Positions 28,717 to 38,914 of a stretch of 64,000 bases of DNA are shown in pieces. The stretch comes from a virus (taxonomy: Duplodnaviria; Caudoviricetes). The stretch lies in the IMG/VR virus record IMGVR_UViG_3300037422_000298, one strand, 5' to 3'. Numbering within the stretch: position 1 is the stretch's first letter; the number at the start of each line of letters is the position of its first letter. A model generated the notes under the pieces. The model was not told the origin of the DNA, did not search any database, and saw only the letters and a list, made by a program, of their open reading frames with translations. Both the position numbers and the translations under genes were made by a program.

Positions 28717-29730
28717 ATGGCTCAGATCAACCCCCGTACGTTCGCGGATGCCAAACAGCTCGGGGACGGAATCTACGAGTTGATCCTGACGAACTGGGGC
28801 AACCGCGGTCAGCGGCGCGATCCGAACAACGGCTCGTTGCAGTATCCGCCAGTCAAGAACCTTCCCGGGACAGCGACGCCGTTCATGCTCGAAGGTGCGA
28901 TCCCGATCGTTCCTCCCGATGGCAACTTTCTACTGCCGCCGATTCCGAGCTTGTTTGGAATCGCCATTGCGCCTCGTAGTACGGTAGACCGCTGCATTTT
29001 GAACTTCCCAGCGCTGCCGGGTGTTCCCGCCGACGAGACGCCGTTCCCAGCGGAGGGCGCGGACACAACTTGGAATGTCGCCACCGACAAGATCATCACG
29101 ATCCCAGAAGGCTTCGTGAACTACGGCGGCATCCTTGCTACCGAGCAAATCCTGAGCACGCACTCACCGCTTGTCGGTCAACTCGTTGGTCCGATCCTCA
29201 TTCGCGCGCATACGTCGACGCAGTTCGAGGACAGCTACTTCGCGCTCGATCCTGCAGGTACGGATACGTTCGGAACGGCGCTCAACGAGTTTCCCGGATC
29301 GCTCGGTCCAGGATTTTTCTACACGCCCGAGCTGCGACTTTTGCTCTACATGACGAGCAAAGGCGTCCTGCCGCCAACCAAGCGCGCGCCGTCAAACTGG
29401 GTTGGAAGTCTTCTTGCGCTCTATCCGTTGGCGGGCGGGATTGCACCACGGGTCTTCCCGATCATGGGAAGACGACACATCACGATCACGCTCGTCAATC
29501 CGACGGGCGGCGCGGCGACTGTCAACGCACGCGGCACGTTCAATGATCTGTCGAATTTCCCGAGCACGTTCGACCTCGGGACGTTGGAAGCAGATCTCGG
29601 GACGGCGGCTCTTGCGGCAGGGCCATCAAGCGCTGTCATCAACATCGAGAATCCAGGCTGCGCGTTTCTGACGCTGACAGCCTCTGGTGGCCTCTTCAGC
29701 GTCCGTTTCAGCGTTACTGCATTCGATTAG
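28717..29730 (+). CDS. Beta-rich structural protein
   Basis: Follows a palindrome motif; beta-strand-rich C-terminus. Confidence 0.55.
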   Translation: MAQINPRTFADAKQLGDGIYELILTNWGNRGQRRDPNNGSLQYPPVKNLPGTATPFMLEGAIPIVPPDGNFLLPPIPSLFGIAIAPRSTVDRCILNFPALPGVPADETPFPAEGADTTWNVATDKIITIPEGFVNYGGILATEQILSTHSPLVGQLVGPILIRAHTSTQFEDSYFALDPAGTDTFGTALNEFPGSLGPGFFYTPELRLLLYMTSKGVLPPTKRAPSNWVGSLLALYPLAGGIAPRVFPIMGRRHITITLVNPTGGAATVNARGTFNDLSNFPSTFDLGTLEADLGTAALAAGPSSAVINIENPGCAFLTLTASGGLFSVRFSVTAFD

Positions 29731-30188
29731 GGAAAACAGATCCCGTATGGCTCACGCCCGGCCGGTACCGTGTAGAGCGTGCACTTGTTCTGAGTACTCG
29801 GGAACGCTGAGCACTCAGCATCGACGAGGCACAGCTTGTAGCACCTGAAGAAGTTGCCGAAGTCGTCGCCGAGGCAAGTCGTTCCGGCGATGCAGTCTGT
29901 GTCTACACCGCATCCACCGCCGAGCGGCATCGTGCCTTCGGCCTTGCACGTCGTGACCATTCCGTTGTCGTTGGGGTGACAGCCCTGATTTGCACCGCAA
30001 TCCTGCGCGATCGGATCGCAGCAGGCGTCACACGGTGCATAGGAGACAGCTGGGCCGTCGGGCCTCGCGTCGCCGCCGCCATCGTTGGACGGCGCGTCGG
30101 TAGAACCGTCGTCGATGGTGTCATCACCACTTGTCCCTGAGCTTCCACAACCGATCGAGATCGTCGCAACCAAAATCACGCTTCGCAT
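29727..30188 (-). CDS. Cys-rich lipoprotein of myxobacterial type
   Basis: Lipobox ISIGC, Asp/Gly linker (DGG, DARPDG), CDPIAQDCGANQGC. Confidence 0.7.
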   Translation of the reverse strand: MRSVILVATISIGCGSSGTSGDDTIDDGSTDAPSNDGGGDARPDGPAVSYAPCDACCDPIAQDCGANQGCHPNDNGMVTTCKAEGTMPLGGGCGVDTDCIAGTTCLGDDFGNFFRCYKLCLVDAECSAFPSTQNKCTLYTVPAGREPYGICFP

Positions 30189-30275
30189 GTTACTCTCGGC
30201 TTGTTTGTACGCTAGAGAGACGCGCGATGCTGTGAGGTTGTTCACGAAGTCTTTTTCGTGAACAACTTCAGCTTG

Positions 30276-31500
30276 TTAGAGATTGCTGAACGACAGGATC
30301 CACCAATCGGTCACACCATCCGAAACGACGAGCATCGCATCGTACTGGTCGGGCAGCGACTGTGAAACTGCACCGTCGATCAGGTCACCGACACTCGGCG
30401 CGATCGTCGTCGCGCCCGCAGCACCGACGTTCTTGATGTAGAACGCCTTGCCACGATTCTCGTTGGCGGGCGGTAGCGTGATCGTGATGGCGCCTGTTGC
30501 GAGGATGACACTGTCGCCGCTGTCTTCACCTGCCGCAAACGCCGCGTTGACTGCAATCACGCCGTAATGCAGGTACGGATGGTTGATCAAGTTGTAGCGA
30601 TCGTCCCAAGTCTCTCCGTCTTTCATGGCGCTGTCCTTTCGATCATTGAAGCGGTAGAGCCTCGGAAGCCGTCACTGACATGATGCCGCCGACTGCAGCA
30701 CCGACGGCGTACAGGCCTTGTTTGGGTGCGAGGATGAAGGAGTGCTGCTCGCCGGGGAACACCCGATACGACGCTGTCGTCGGAACCGGTGAGAGATCAT
30801 TCACCGTGAGGCTGATGAAGATCACGACGGGACCAACGTTGTTCACCAACACGCGCAGTGGATGCGTCGCCGCTTTGGCAAGCGTCGTCGGCGACGTCGA
30901 ACCAACTGGTTGGATGGTGTAGGTCTCGAAGTTCGTGTTCTGCATCGTGCGCTCGCGCCGCTACTAACGGACTTCGCTCGGCGGACCGATGATGTCGAGG
31001 TAGCCCTGGAAGTTGACTTCGACGCGGACGAACTGAACTGGCACACGCTCGGGTTCGATGTTGTCGTCGAGAATCACGACTGCCGGAAAGTCGAGCGTGT
31101 CGATCTGGACCTGGAAGCCCTCGCTGCGAACGATCGTGTAGGGCTCTTCGAGATCCCACGCGCCCGTGTTGCGCGCGAGCAGAAGGCTGACGAGCGTCGC
31201 CGACTTCGTGAGGTTCTCGTTCTTCGAGAAGTCGAGGATACGAAGCCGAACGCGCCGTTCCATCGTCGTCGGCTGCGGTTCGAGGATCGTCGGGTTGACG
31301 AAACCTTCGGGCGTGCCCTTGGCCGTGAGCCCGATCTTGGCGCGATGGATCTCGAACGGCTTGTCGACGTTGTGGAGGAAGCTCGCTTCCGGGAAGACGA
31401 TGCCGGAGAGATTCGGGCCGACGTCGAGTTCTGCTGCGATGTTGTACGGGATGCGGAAGGTGATGTCCTTCCCGGCAAATTGCAGTGGTAGACGGCCCAT
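30276..31500 (-). CDS. Three beta-rich structural proteins (30276-30626, 30643-30945, 30964-31500); the last is a candidate small jelly-roll capsid protein
   Basis: PFEIHRAKI...PYTIVRSEGFQVQID...VRVEVNFQGY strand pattern. Confidence 0.5.
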
Positions 31501-31620
31501 GTGGTCTCCTCGCGAGGTCGATCGCAGCAGCGACTGGTGTACGCACACCATCACGTACCTGTCGGATCTCCGCAAGACCGTTTGCTATTTATCAGATACG
31601 AAGGATTGTAAGCTCTGATC

Positions 31621-32001
31621 GTGCCTCGTCGAATTGCCAAGACCGTGTTGCCCGTTGAAGGTCTGTTTCGCTTCGATGTCGTCGTTCGCCGCGAAGGCGA
31701 CGGCGGTTTGCGCGTCGCAGTCCCAGCCGCGATCGTGCGCGGTCTCGTGCACGTTGGATGGGCGGGACGTTGGCTCGACGTCAAGCTCGACGACGAGCAT
31801 TTCAAGGCAGCTGTTCGACCGCACCCGACCTCGGTGATGTTTGCACTACCGAAGCGTCATCGCGGCGGAGTGCAAGCCGGAGATCGCGTCGTACTCGAAA
31901 TCCAGAAAGCCAACGGGCCGCGCGCGCCGAAGGCGCGACGCGTCCGTGGCGAGTGGCGTCCGGCGACTGCGACGTTGTCGTTGCCGTGGCTGCGTAGCTA
32001 G
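31621..32001 (+). CDS. Possible AbrB/MazE-like (swapped hairpin) regulator
   Basis: LRVAVPAAIVR; FALPKRHRGGVQAGDRVVLEI. Confidence 0.35.
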   Translation: MPRRIAKTVLPVEGLFRFDVVVRREGDGGLRVAVPAAIVRGLVHVGWAGRWLDVKLDDEHFKAAVRPHPTSVMFALPKRHRGGVQAGDRVVLEIQKANGPRAPKARRVRGEWRPATATLSLPWLRS

Positions 32002-32041
32002 CGCAGTTGTGTCGCGCAAAAAGCCTTAGTATGTTGACTTC

Positions 32042-33650
32042 GTGCCTGTACGCGGCCGTCGACATCCGCCACGGCTAGAGCCGCGAGACCACGTGTGGCT
32101 GGCGCGTGTCCGGCAACTTGCGGCTGAGGACGCCCTTCGGACTGTCGAGGACGCCGAGTTCGAAGATCATCCACAGCAAGCGTTGGTCGCGCGGCGTCAA
32201 CGTGCTCTCGCGACGGCCGACCCCGGCGCGGCTGCAACGGTCGTTCGAGAGTCCTCGCCGTGGACGCCTCTCGCGATCGGGATCGGCATCATCGCCGTGA
32301 TCGGCTTGGCGGGTGTCATCGTCTATCTGCTCGTGCGCAACAAGGATGGCAAGACGACCGTGCTCGGTGAAATCGACCCGCGCCTGTTGCCACAACCGGT
32401 CGTGGCGCCTGCGCCGCAGGTGTACTTGATCAACACCGGTAATGGGCAAGCGCAGGTCGTGCGCGCGGAACCAGTGACGCCGCCGTCTCCAGCGTTCGAT
32501 GACAGCAACATGCTCTCGATGCTCGGTCGGATCGAGAGCGGCATCGGCGCGCTCGTGAACCACAACAAGGTCCCCTACAACCAGTCGACGATGCGGACGT
32601 ATCGACTGCCGTGGCTCGCCGACGCGAGCAATCCGGCAGTACGTATCGCAACGGCAGGTAACGTCTCGATGGAAGCAGTCGTGCGTGTCGTCGCGCCACC
32701 GGGCGCGTTGGCAGCGTTCTCCTTCTCGCCGAACGAGTTGAACATCACACAGGCCGTGGTTGCACCAGGGCTGTCCTCAGTGCCCGCAGGTGACACGCTC
32801 GTCGTGCCTGCAGGGCAACAGCAACCGATCCATATGAACCCGCGGCAGGTGTTGTACGCCAAGGGCAACATGTCGCCGACGAACCCAACAGGCGCCGTTG
32901 TTGTTTCTATCAGCACCGTCGACAATTACATCTCGCGATGACGTTTGGACGCGCGTGATAGGCTGAGGCATGGACCCGGCTCGGGCGCTAGTCACGTCGC
33001 CGACGATTCGCGACGATACGCCCGCGGCGCCCGACGACTGGGCGATGGTCGTCCTGATCAAGGGCGGCGGGATTCCGGTCGTCGTTTCGATCGTCGGCCC
33101 TACAACGGGTGTCACGACGACGATCGCCGCGTCTGTTGTCCCGGCCGTCTATCTGGCAGCGAATCCAGCACGCCTCGGCGCGACGATCAACAACAACTCA
33201 GTGGGGCGTTTCCTCTACGTACAACTCGGCGCTGGCGTCGGTCTCGGCAGCTACTCGGTACGCCTCGGACCGCATAGCTACTTCGAGTTGCCGTTTCCGG
33301 CGTACACAGGCGTGATCGAAGCCGTCTGGGGGCCGGGCGTTGGCGGGTTCGCGACTATCACCGAGTTGACGTAGGATGAAGCTATGCCCGTTCAAGCGTT
33401 GATTCGGAACCTGACGCGCCCCCAAGTCGAAAAGGCAATCGCCGACTCAAAACAGAAGCTCGTGATCCAGGACTATCACGGCACGTTGCTGGTCCTCGTC
33501 GAAAGCAAGGCCGAGGGTGGAGATCCTGCCGCGAATGCAGCGCTGCAGAAGATCGCCGATGCCGACGCGGCTATCACGCACAAGCAGCGCGAGGAGCGTT
33601 TGGCAGCAACAGCCAAAGCGAAGGCTGATGCTGCTGCGAACAACACCTAG
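32042..33650 (+). CDS. Structural genes 32042-32941 (TM + beta domain), 32970-33374, 33384-33650
   Basis: 32970 shares RLGA..NN...SY(F/Y)E.PFPAYTG..TELT with 34619. Confidence 0.6.
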
Positions 33651-34531
33651 CGGCGCGCGCGACGTGTCGGGCGCTTTACAGCGTTCTTGATGGGCCTGGC
33701 CGTACGCTGTGCAGCTGTCGCACGCTCGACGAGGCTTGGTGGATTCTCTGGTAGTGGTGTTGGTTCGGGTGGCGGGTTCGCGTTATAGCGCGCGAGCGCG
33801 ATGATCTGTTGCACCGTCGCAATCAGCGGCTTCGGCGGATGTTCAGCGTCGTACCAATCGACGCTCTCCCACGTCGGGTCGAGAGGCGTTGGGTGACCCC
33901 CCACGTACTGTGTTGCCATCACGAGCGTAAGAAAGTGCTGTCCAGCTTTCTCGACGAACGTCGAGACATATGGCGCGTGTTTCGAGACTGAGACCTTGCC
34001 GACGTCGAGCCCCGTTGAGACTTTCACGGCGCGAAACACAGCGCTCTCAGCTGACTCGCCGACTTCGAGTGCAGTCTCCGGCAGCACGTACATACCGCTC
34101 TTCTTGAGCTTGCCGAGGAGGACTTTCCCTTCATGGAGCATGAGCGCAGTGACAGCCACGCGAACAACCGGTTTGTCGGTGGCGTCGATCTCGCCGATCT
34201 TGAATTCGTAGCCGCACGTCGGTGCCCATTTTTCGGCCGCGGACTTCTCGAAGAACGTGGCAAGCGGCTCTTGGCTTTCAGGTGGCGCGAACACGCCATG
34301 CACGCGGCGACCGCCGATTGCTAGCTCTGGTGGTTTCGAACCGATCGTTAGATAGACAGGCTTGTCGTCCTTACCTTGGTCAAGTATAAGCAGCGCGTCA
34401 TCGCCAAATTCTTCGCGGCGCGTCGAATACGCTTCGGCGAGCATGCGAACGGCGAGCGTAGGCAATTTTTCTGCGGCGATTCGCTCGGGTGAGTCTGCAG
34501 CGTGAGGGCTGATGCGAATGATCGTCTTCAC
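33647..34531 (-). CDS. Nudix-fold protein with degenerate Nudix box
   Basis: VRVAVTALMLHEGKVLLG...LPETALEVGESAESAVFRAVKVSTGL. Confidence 0.7.
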   Translation of the reverse strand: MKTIIRISPHAADSPERIAAEKLPTLAVRMLAEAYSTRREEFGDDALLILDQGKDDKPVYLTIGSKPPELAIGGRRVHGVFAPPESQEPLATFFEKSAAEKWAPTCGYEFKIGEIDATDKPVVRVAVTALMLHEGKVLLGKLKKSGMYVLPETALEVGESAESAVFRAVKVSTGLDVGKVSVSKHAPYVSTFVEKAGQHFLTLVMATQYVGGHPTPLDPTWESVDWYDAEHPPKPLIATVQQIIALARYNANPPPEPTPLPENPPSLVERATAAQRTARPIKNAVKRPTRRARR

Positions 34532-34618
34532 GCGTGGACGGTAACACAGCCGAATCGGGGACAATTCAGGTAGACTTGTAGGACGATCGCTGCTGCGATC
34601 GACGAGGAGTACAGACGG

Positions 34619-37368
34619 ATGTCTCTAACGAACGCCTATACGGTTCTCTACGATTCTGCTGACGTCGAGACCGGTACCGCCGCCAATCCGTTGCGCGTCG
34701 ATCCGACTGGCACCACACCGCAACCAGTGACGGGTACCGTGACGGCAAACCAGGGTACGGCCGCCGCGGTCGCGAGTGCATGGCCGATCCTCGTTACGGA
34801 TGGTACTGACACTGCCGAGGTCACCAACGCAGCGCCGGGTGCCGGTGCGTTCGGCCTCGTGGTTCGTGTTGCGGGTTCGGTTTCGACGACGTTCACGCAA
34901 CCAACGACAGGAACGATCACAGCAGTCAACGTTGCGGTCGCGACCACGACGATCCTCGCGGCGAACGCGAGCCGCCTGGGCGCGATCTTGTACAACAACG
35001 ACGGTACGACGTACGTTGCGCTGGCAGCGGGCGCGACGAGCGCCAACTTTACGGTGCGCTTGACGGCGAACTCGTACTACGAAGTGCCGTTTCCGGCGTA
35101 CACAGGCATCATCACGGGCTCGGCTAGTGCGGGCACCAATACGGTGTACGCGACCGAGCTGACGTAAGATACGGCACGCGTGCCGGTCGATCTCAACGAA
35201 GAACACGTACTCCTCTACGACTCCAACGGAGTCGAGATGGCCGTGCAAAACGGCATTGCGATCCCAGTCGACACGCGGGCCTACCTACTGGCAGGACGCG
35301 ATAGCAGCAACGTCGCCCGTGTCCTCGCGACAGACTCAAGCGGCAATCTCGCGATCTCACCAGGCACAACGTATTCGTCGTTTTGGGTTGTGTACGATCG
35401 GATCGCGCCCGCCGCGAACAAGTACATGGCGACGCTCTTCAACACGAGCGCCACGCGCAAGGTCGTTGTTCAGAACATCTGGCAGTACAACTGGCAGTTC
35501 ACAGGTGTCGCTGACAACTTGCTCGAACAGGAGTTGTGGAAGATCTCTGCGCGAACGGCCGGTACCTCGATTACACCGCGTGCTGAAGACACAAATGACG
35601 TGCTCTCGGCAGGGATCACTGCGGATACAAACTCTTCGGCAGTCACGCAGGTCAACTTGATCATGCGTATCATCACTGGCAGCGCCGAGGCGTCTATCGC
35701 TGGCGGTGAAGCTGGACTCAAGATCATGCGTACGACCGAAGCCCTGGCGCTGCTCTACTCACGCAAGGATGCTACGCGAGGGTGGACGCTGCGTCAGAAC
35801 CAAGGTATCGCCGTTCGCAACATCACCAACATCACCGTCGGCACGTGCAGCTACGTGATTGAGTTCACCGACGAGGCTGCGTAGATGCCACTTGTAACGT
35901 TCAACGCCATCGGCTACACGACGACCGTCGGTACGACGTTCACACCGATCGTAGCGACGACGTACGTCGAACAAGCGGTCAACGCACAGCGATCGATCGT
36001 TTCGTCCAGCCCCGTTGACTTCTCAGCAGGTACCGGCGCGCGAACGCTGCGGCTTACCTACTTCGATCAGACAATGGCAGGACCGTTCACGGAAGATGTC
36101 GTGCTCAACGGTACGACACCCGTCAATACAACGAACGTGAACATTTGCTTCATCGAGAGCATGGTGATTCTGACTGTCGGTGCGCAACTCGGCAACGTTG
36201 GTACGATCTCCCTCAAGGCTGCTGCAGCGGGTGCAGGTGTCACTGTCGGATCGATCGCGCCCGGTGACAATCGCACGCAGTGGGCACACCACTACATCGG
36301 TCTGAACCGTGTTGCGTCGATCACCAACGTGATCGGACTGATCAAAGGTTTGGCGGCCGGAGAAGTCCACATGCGGGCTGCAACACCGACGGTCGCCAAT
36401 ACGCCCGAGCAGACCATTGCGCCTATCTTAACGCTCGCCCCAGGTGTGCAAGGTGATCTGACGTTTCCATCACCCATCGTCGTGTTCGGTCCGACGCGCG
36501 TGGTGCTCTACGCGAAGAGCGTACTCAGTGCAAATCAAGATTGGTTTGCATCCTTCGGATACGGTGAAGGCTGATGTCGATCACAGATCGTCCTGTCGTC
36601 AATGCTGTCGGTTTTGCGGAGGGGGCGCTGATCGCAGCGGGCAAGAGCACGGGCGCAGCAGGTCTTGTTGCAGCGTATACTTCCGCTGCGCTTGCGCCGA
36701 TCACAGTTGTTCGCGCGACGGCTTACACCGAACGAACAACAGCTGCACAGCTCGAAGTGCTATCTAGTGACGCTAACGACGATGGTGCACCTGCTGGTAC
36801 AGGCGCACGCACGCTACGCATCACGTACTACGACGGTAACTGTCTCGGGCCGTTCACGACTGATGTCGTGATGAACGGAACCGCGGCGGTTGCAACAACA
36901 GCCACGAACATTCGATTCGTCGAGGGTATGCACGTTCTCACCGTCGGTAGCAACGGCACCAACGTTGGGACGATCACGTTACGCGCGCTCGGCGGCGGTG
37001 CCGTCGTCGGAACAATCGCAGCGAGCGACGGGCGCACGTACTGGGGACATCACTATGTCGCGACGGGGCGCATCAGTCAGATCATCGAGCTGACTGCCGC
37101 GATGACACTTGCGAAGGGTTCCATATTCCTACGTCAGATCGATGTCCTGACGGTGGATGCTTTCGAGCGCCAAATTACAGCATCGTTGCGTCTCGGAGCG
37201 GCTGCAGCAGGTGCTGCTGCGACGCCATCGCCGTTTCAGCCTTCGCTGGTCTTCCCGTTTGGGAGTCTGTATGTTCCCGGTCCAGCTCGGGTGACCACAT
37301 ACGTTGATCCGGATGCAGCCGTCGCGAACAACGTCGCGCACGCGAGTTTTAGTTACCTCGATGTTTAA
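34619..37368 (+). CDS. Spike/vertex-type structural operon (34619-35167, 35180-35884, 35885-36574, 36574-37368); the last two are paralogs
   Basis: Thr/Ala/Val-rich; shared GTGARTLR.TY.D...GPFT.DVV.NGT...NVGTI...HHY. Confidence 0.7.
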
Positions 37369-38320
37369 AAAACTCTGGCATCTACTCGTGGGGAAACCAA
37401 TGGCCGTCAATCCGCTCACCAATCGTCCCGTCCCGCCCAACAGCAACCTCGCTCGCGCGATGTTCGTGTGGGTCACCGCGAGCGCGTCGCAAGACCCGCT
37501 CGACAACGACACCGATCAGCAGGCGCTGATCAATTTCCTCGACGACACCAACGTCGGCTGCAATGTCATCTTCCTCGACATCTGGCAGTATCTCGGCGGC
37601 TCGAACTGGACGAACGCGAAGCGCGACAAGATGCGGCAGTTCATCGACCGCGCGAAGCGTTCGGGCTGTAAGGTCTACGCGCTCTGTGGCAACGTCGACT
37701 GGGCAGTCAACCAGAATTGGGTGACGAAGAACATTCTCAACCCGATCATGGCATTCAACTCGATGTGCCAGGACGTTTCGGGACGGTTCGACGGCATCTG
37801 CTACGACGTCGAGTACTGGACCGACGAGAACACGTACCCGCCGTCGACTAACCTGCCAGGCTTCTGCGACCTCGTGAAGGCGACAAAGCAGATGACCAAC
37901 CTCGAAGTCGGCTGCTTCGCGGCGTTCTATCTCAAGGACAGCACCGGCACGCGTCCCAGTGTCAGCTACAACGGCAAGAGTGCACAGGACGGCGAGCACA
38001 TGATGGACGTCTGCGACTTCGTCGTCGTCGGCGCGTATCGAGATCACGCCGAAGACGGTGGCTCCGAGAGTGGCCCTGGCCAGATCTCGCTGTTCCAGCC
38101 CTGGTACGACTATGCGAGTGCACAGGGTCGCAACTTCGGGCTCTACTGCGGCTCGGAGACGATCGACGTCTCGCCGTCCTACGTGACGTACTACGGCGCG
38201 TCGAAGGCCACGATGGAAGCGCAGCACACGATCATCTCGGACACGTTCCGTGTAGCTGGCAACGCAACGTTCCTCGGCCAAGCCGTCCATAGCTACGACG
38301 GCTGGAAGGTCATGACCTAG
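37361..38320 (+). CDS. Putative TIM-barrel glycoside-hydrolase-like protein
   Basis: VIFLD, KVYALCG, RFDGICYDVEYW, DFVVVGAYRD. Confidence 0.55.
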   Translation: MFKKLWHLLVGKPMAVNPLTNRPVPPNSNLARAMFVWVTASASQDPLDNDTDQQALINFLDDTNVGCNVIFLDIWQYLGGSNWTNAKRDKMRQFIDRAKRSGCKVYALCGNVDWAVNQNWVTKNILNPIMAFNSMCQDVSGRFDGICYDVEYWTDENTYPPSTNLPGFCDLVKATKQMTNLEVGCFAAFYLKDSTGTRPSVSYNGKSAQDGEHMMDVCDFVVVGAYRDHAEDGGSESGPGQISLFQPWYDYASAQGRNFGLYCGSETIDVSPSYVTYYGASKATMEAQHTIISDTFRVAGNATFLGQAVHSYDGWKVMT

Positions 38321-38412
38321 ACCTTGATCTCGATCTCGCGTAGCTCGCACGTGCCGACGACGTCTTGCTTGTCGATCTTGACGGTCAGCGTGTTCTCGTC
38401 GAGCGACTTGAA
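38317..38412 (-). pseudogene. Displaced original 3' end (31 codons + TAG) of the vWA gene
   Basis: FKSLDENTLTVKIDKQDVVGTCELREIEIKV*, 24/31 identical to the current C-terminus at 38892-38987. Confidence 0.9.
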
Positions 38413-38413
38413 T

Positions 38414-38914
38414 TTAGTAAGGCTTGTACTGGCCTGCCTTGATACGGTTGATCGTGCTGCGTCCAACGCCGTATTTCTTAGCAAGCGCTACAGCGCTACA
38501 GGACCGCGCGAGTTTGGTATACCGGTCACTGCGTTTCAGTGCTGCACGAATGCGTGAAACCTCGCGTGCCGAAAACACGCGTTCGGAACGCGTCCTCGCG
38601 AATGCTTCACGAATGTTGTCGCGCGACGTCCCTGCTGAAAGATGCTTCGGGTTCACGCAGCGTTTGTTGTCGCACGAGTGCTTGATCAGCTTACCGTGCG
38701 GTACGGAAATGCCGCCGTTCTGTAGTCGCCACGCGTAAACATGTGCAGGCATGACTCGACCGTTGACGCTGAACATGCCGTACCGATCGCGCTTGGTGGC
38801 CGTAACACGGCGAACGTTGTGCCATGTCCAACAACCACGTGACTTCTCCACGTGCGCGTAGAAGCGCGCCTGTACGGCCGCTGTGAGCAAGCTAGATCTT
38901 GATTTCGACTTCAC
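38414..38914 (-). mobile_element. Free-standing HNH homing endonuclease (HNH_3-like)
   Basis: CWTW...YG...AHVYAW...HSCDNKRCVNPKHL..GT..DN. Confidence 0.9.
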
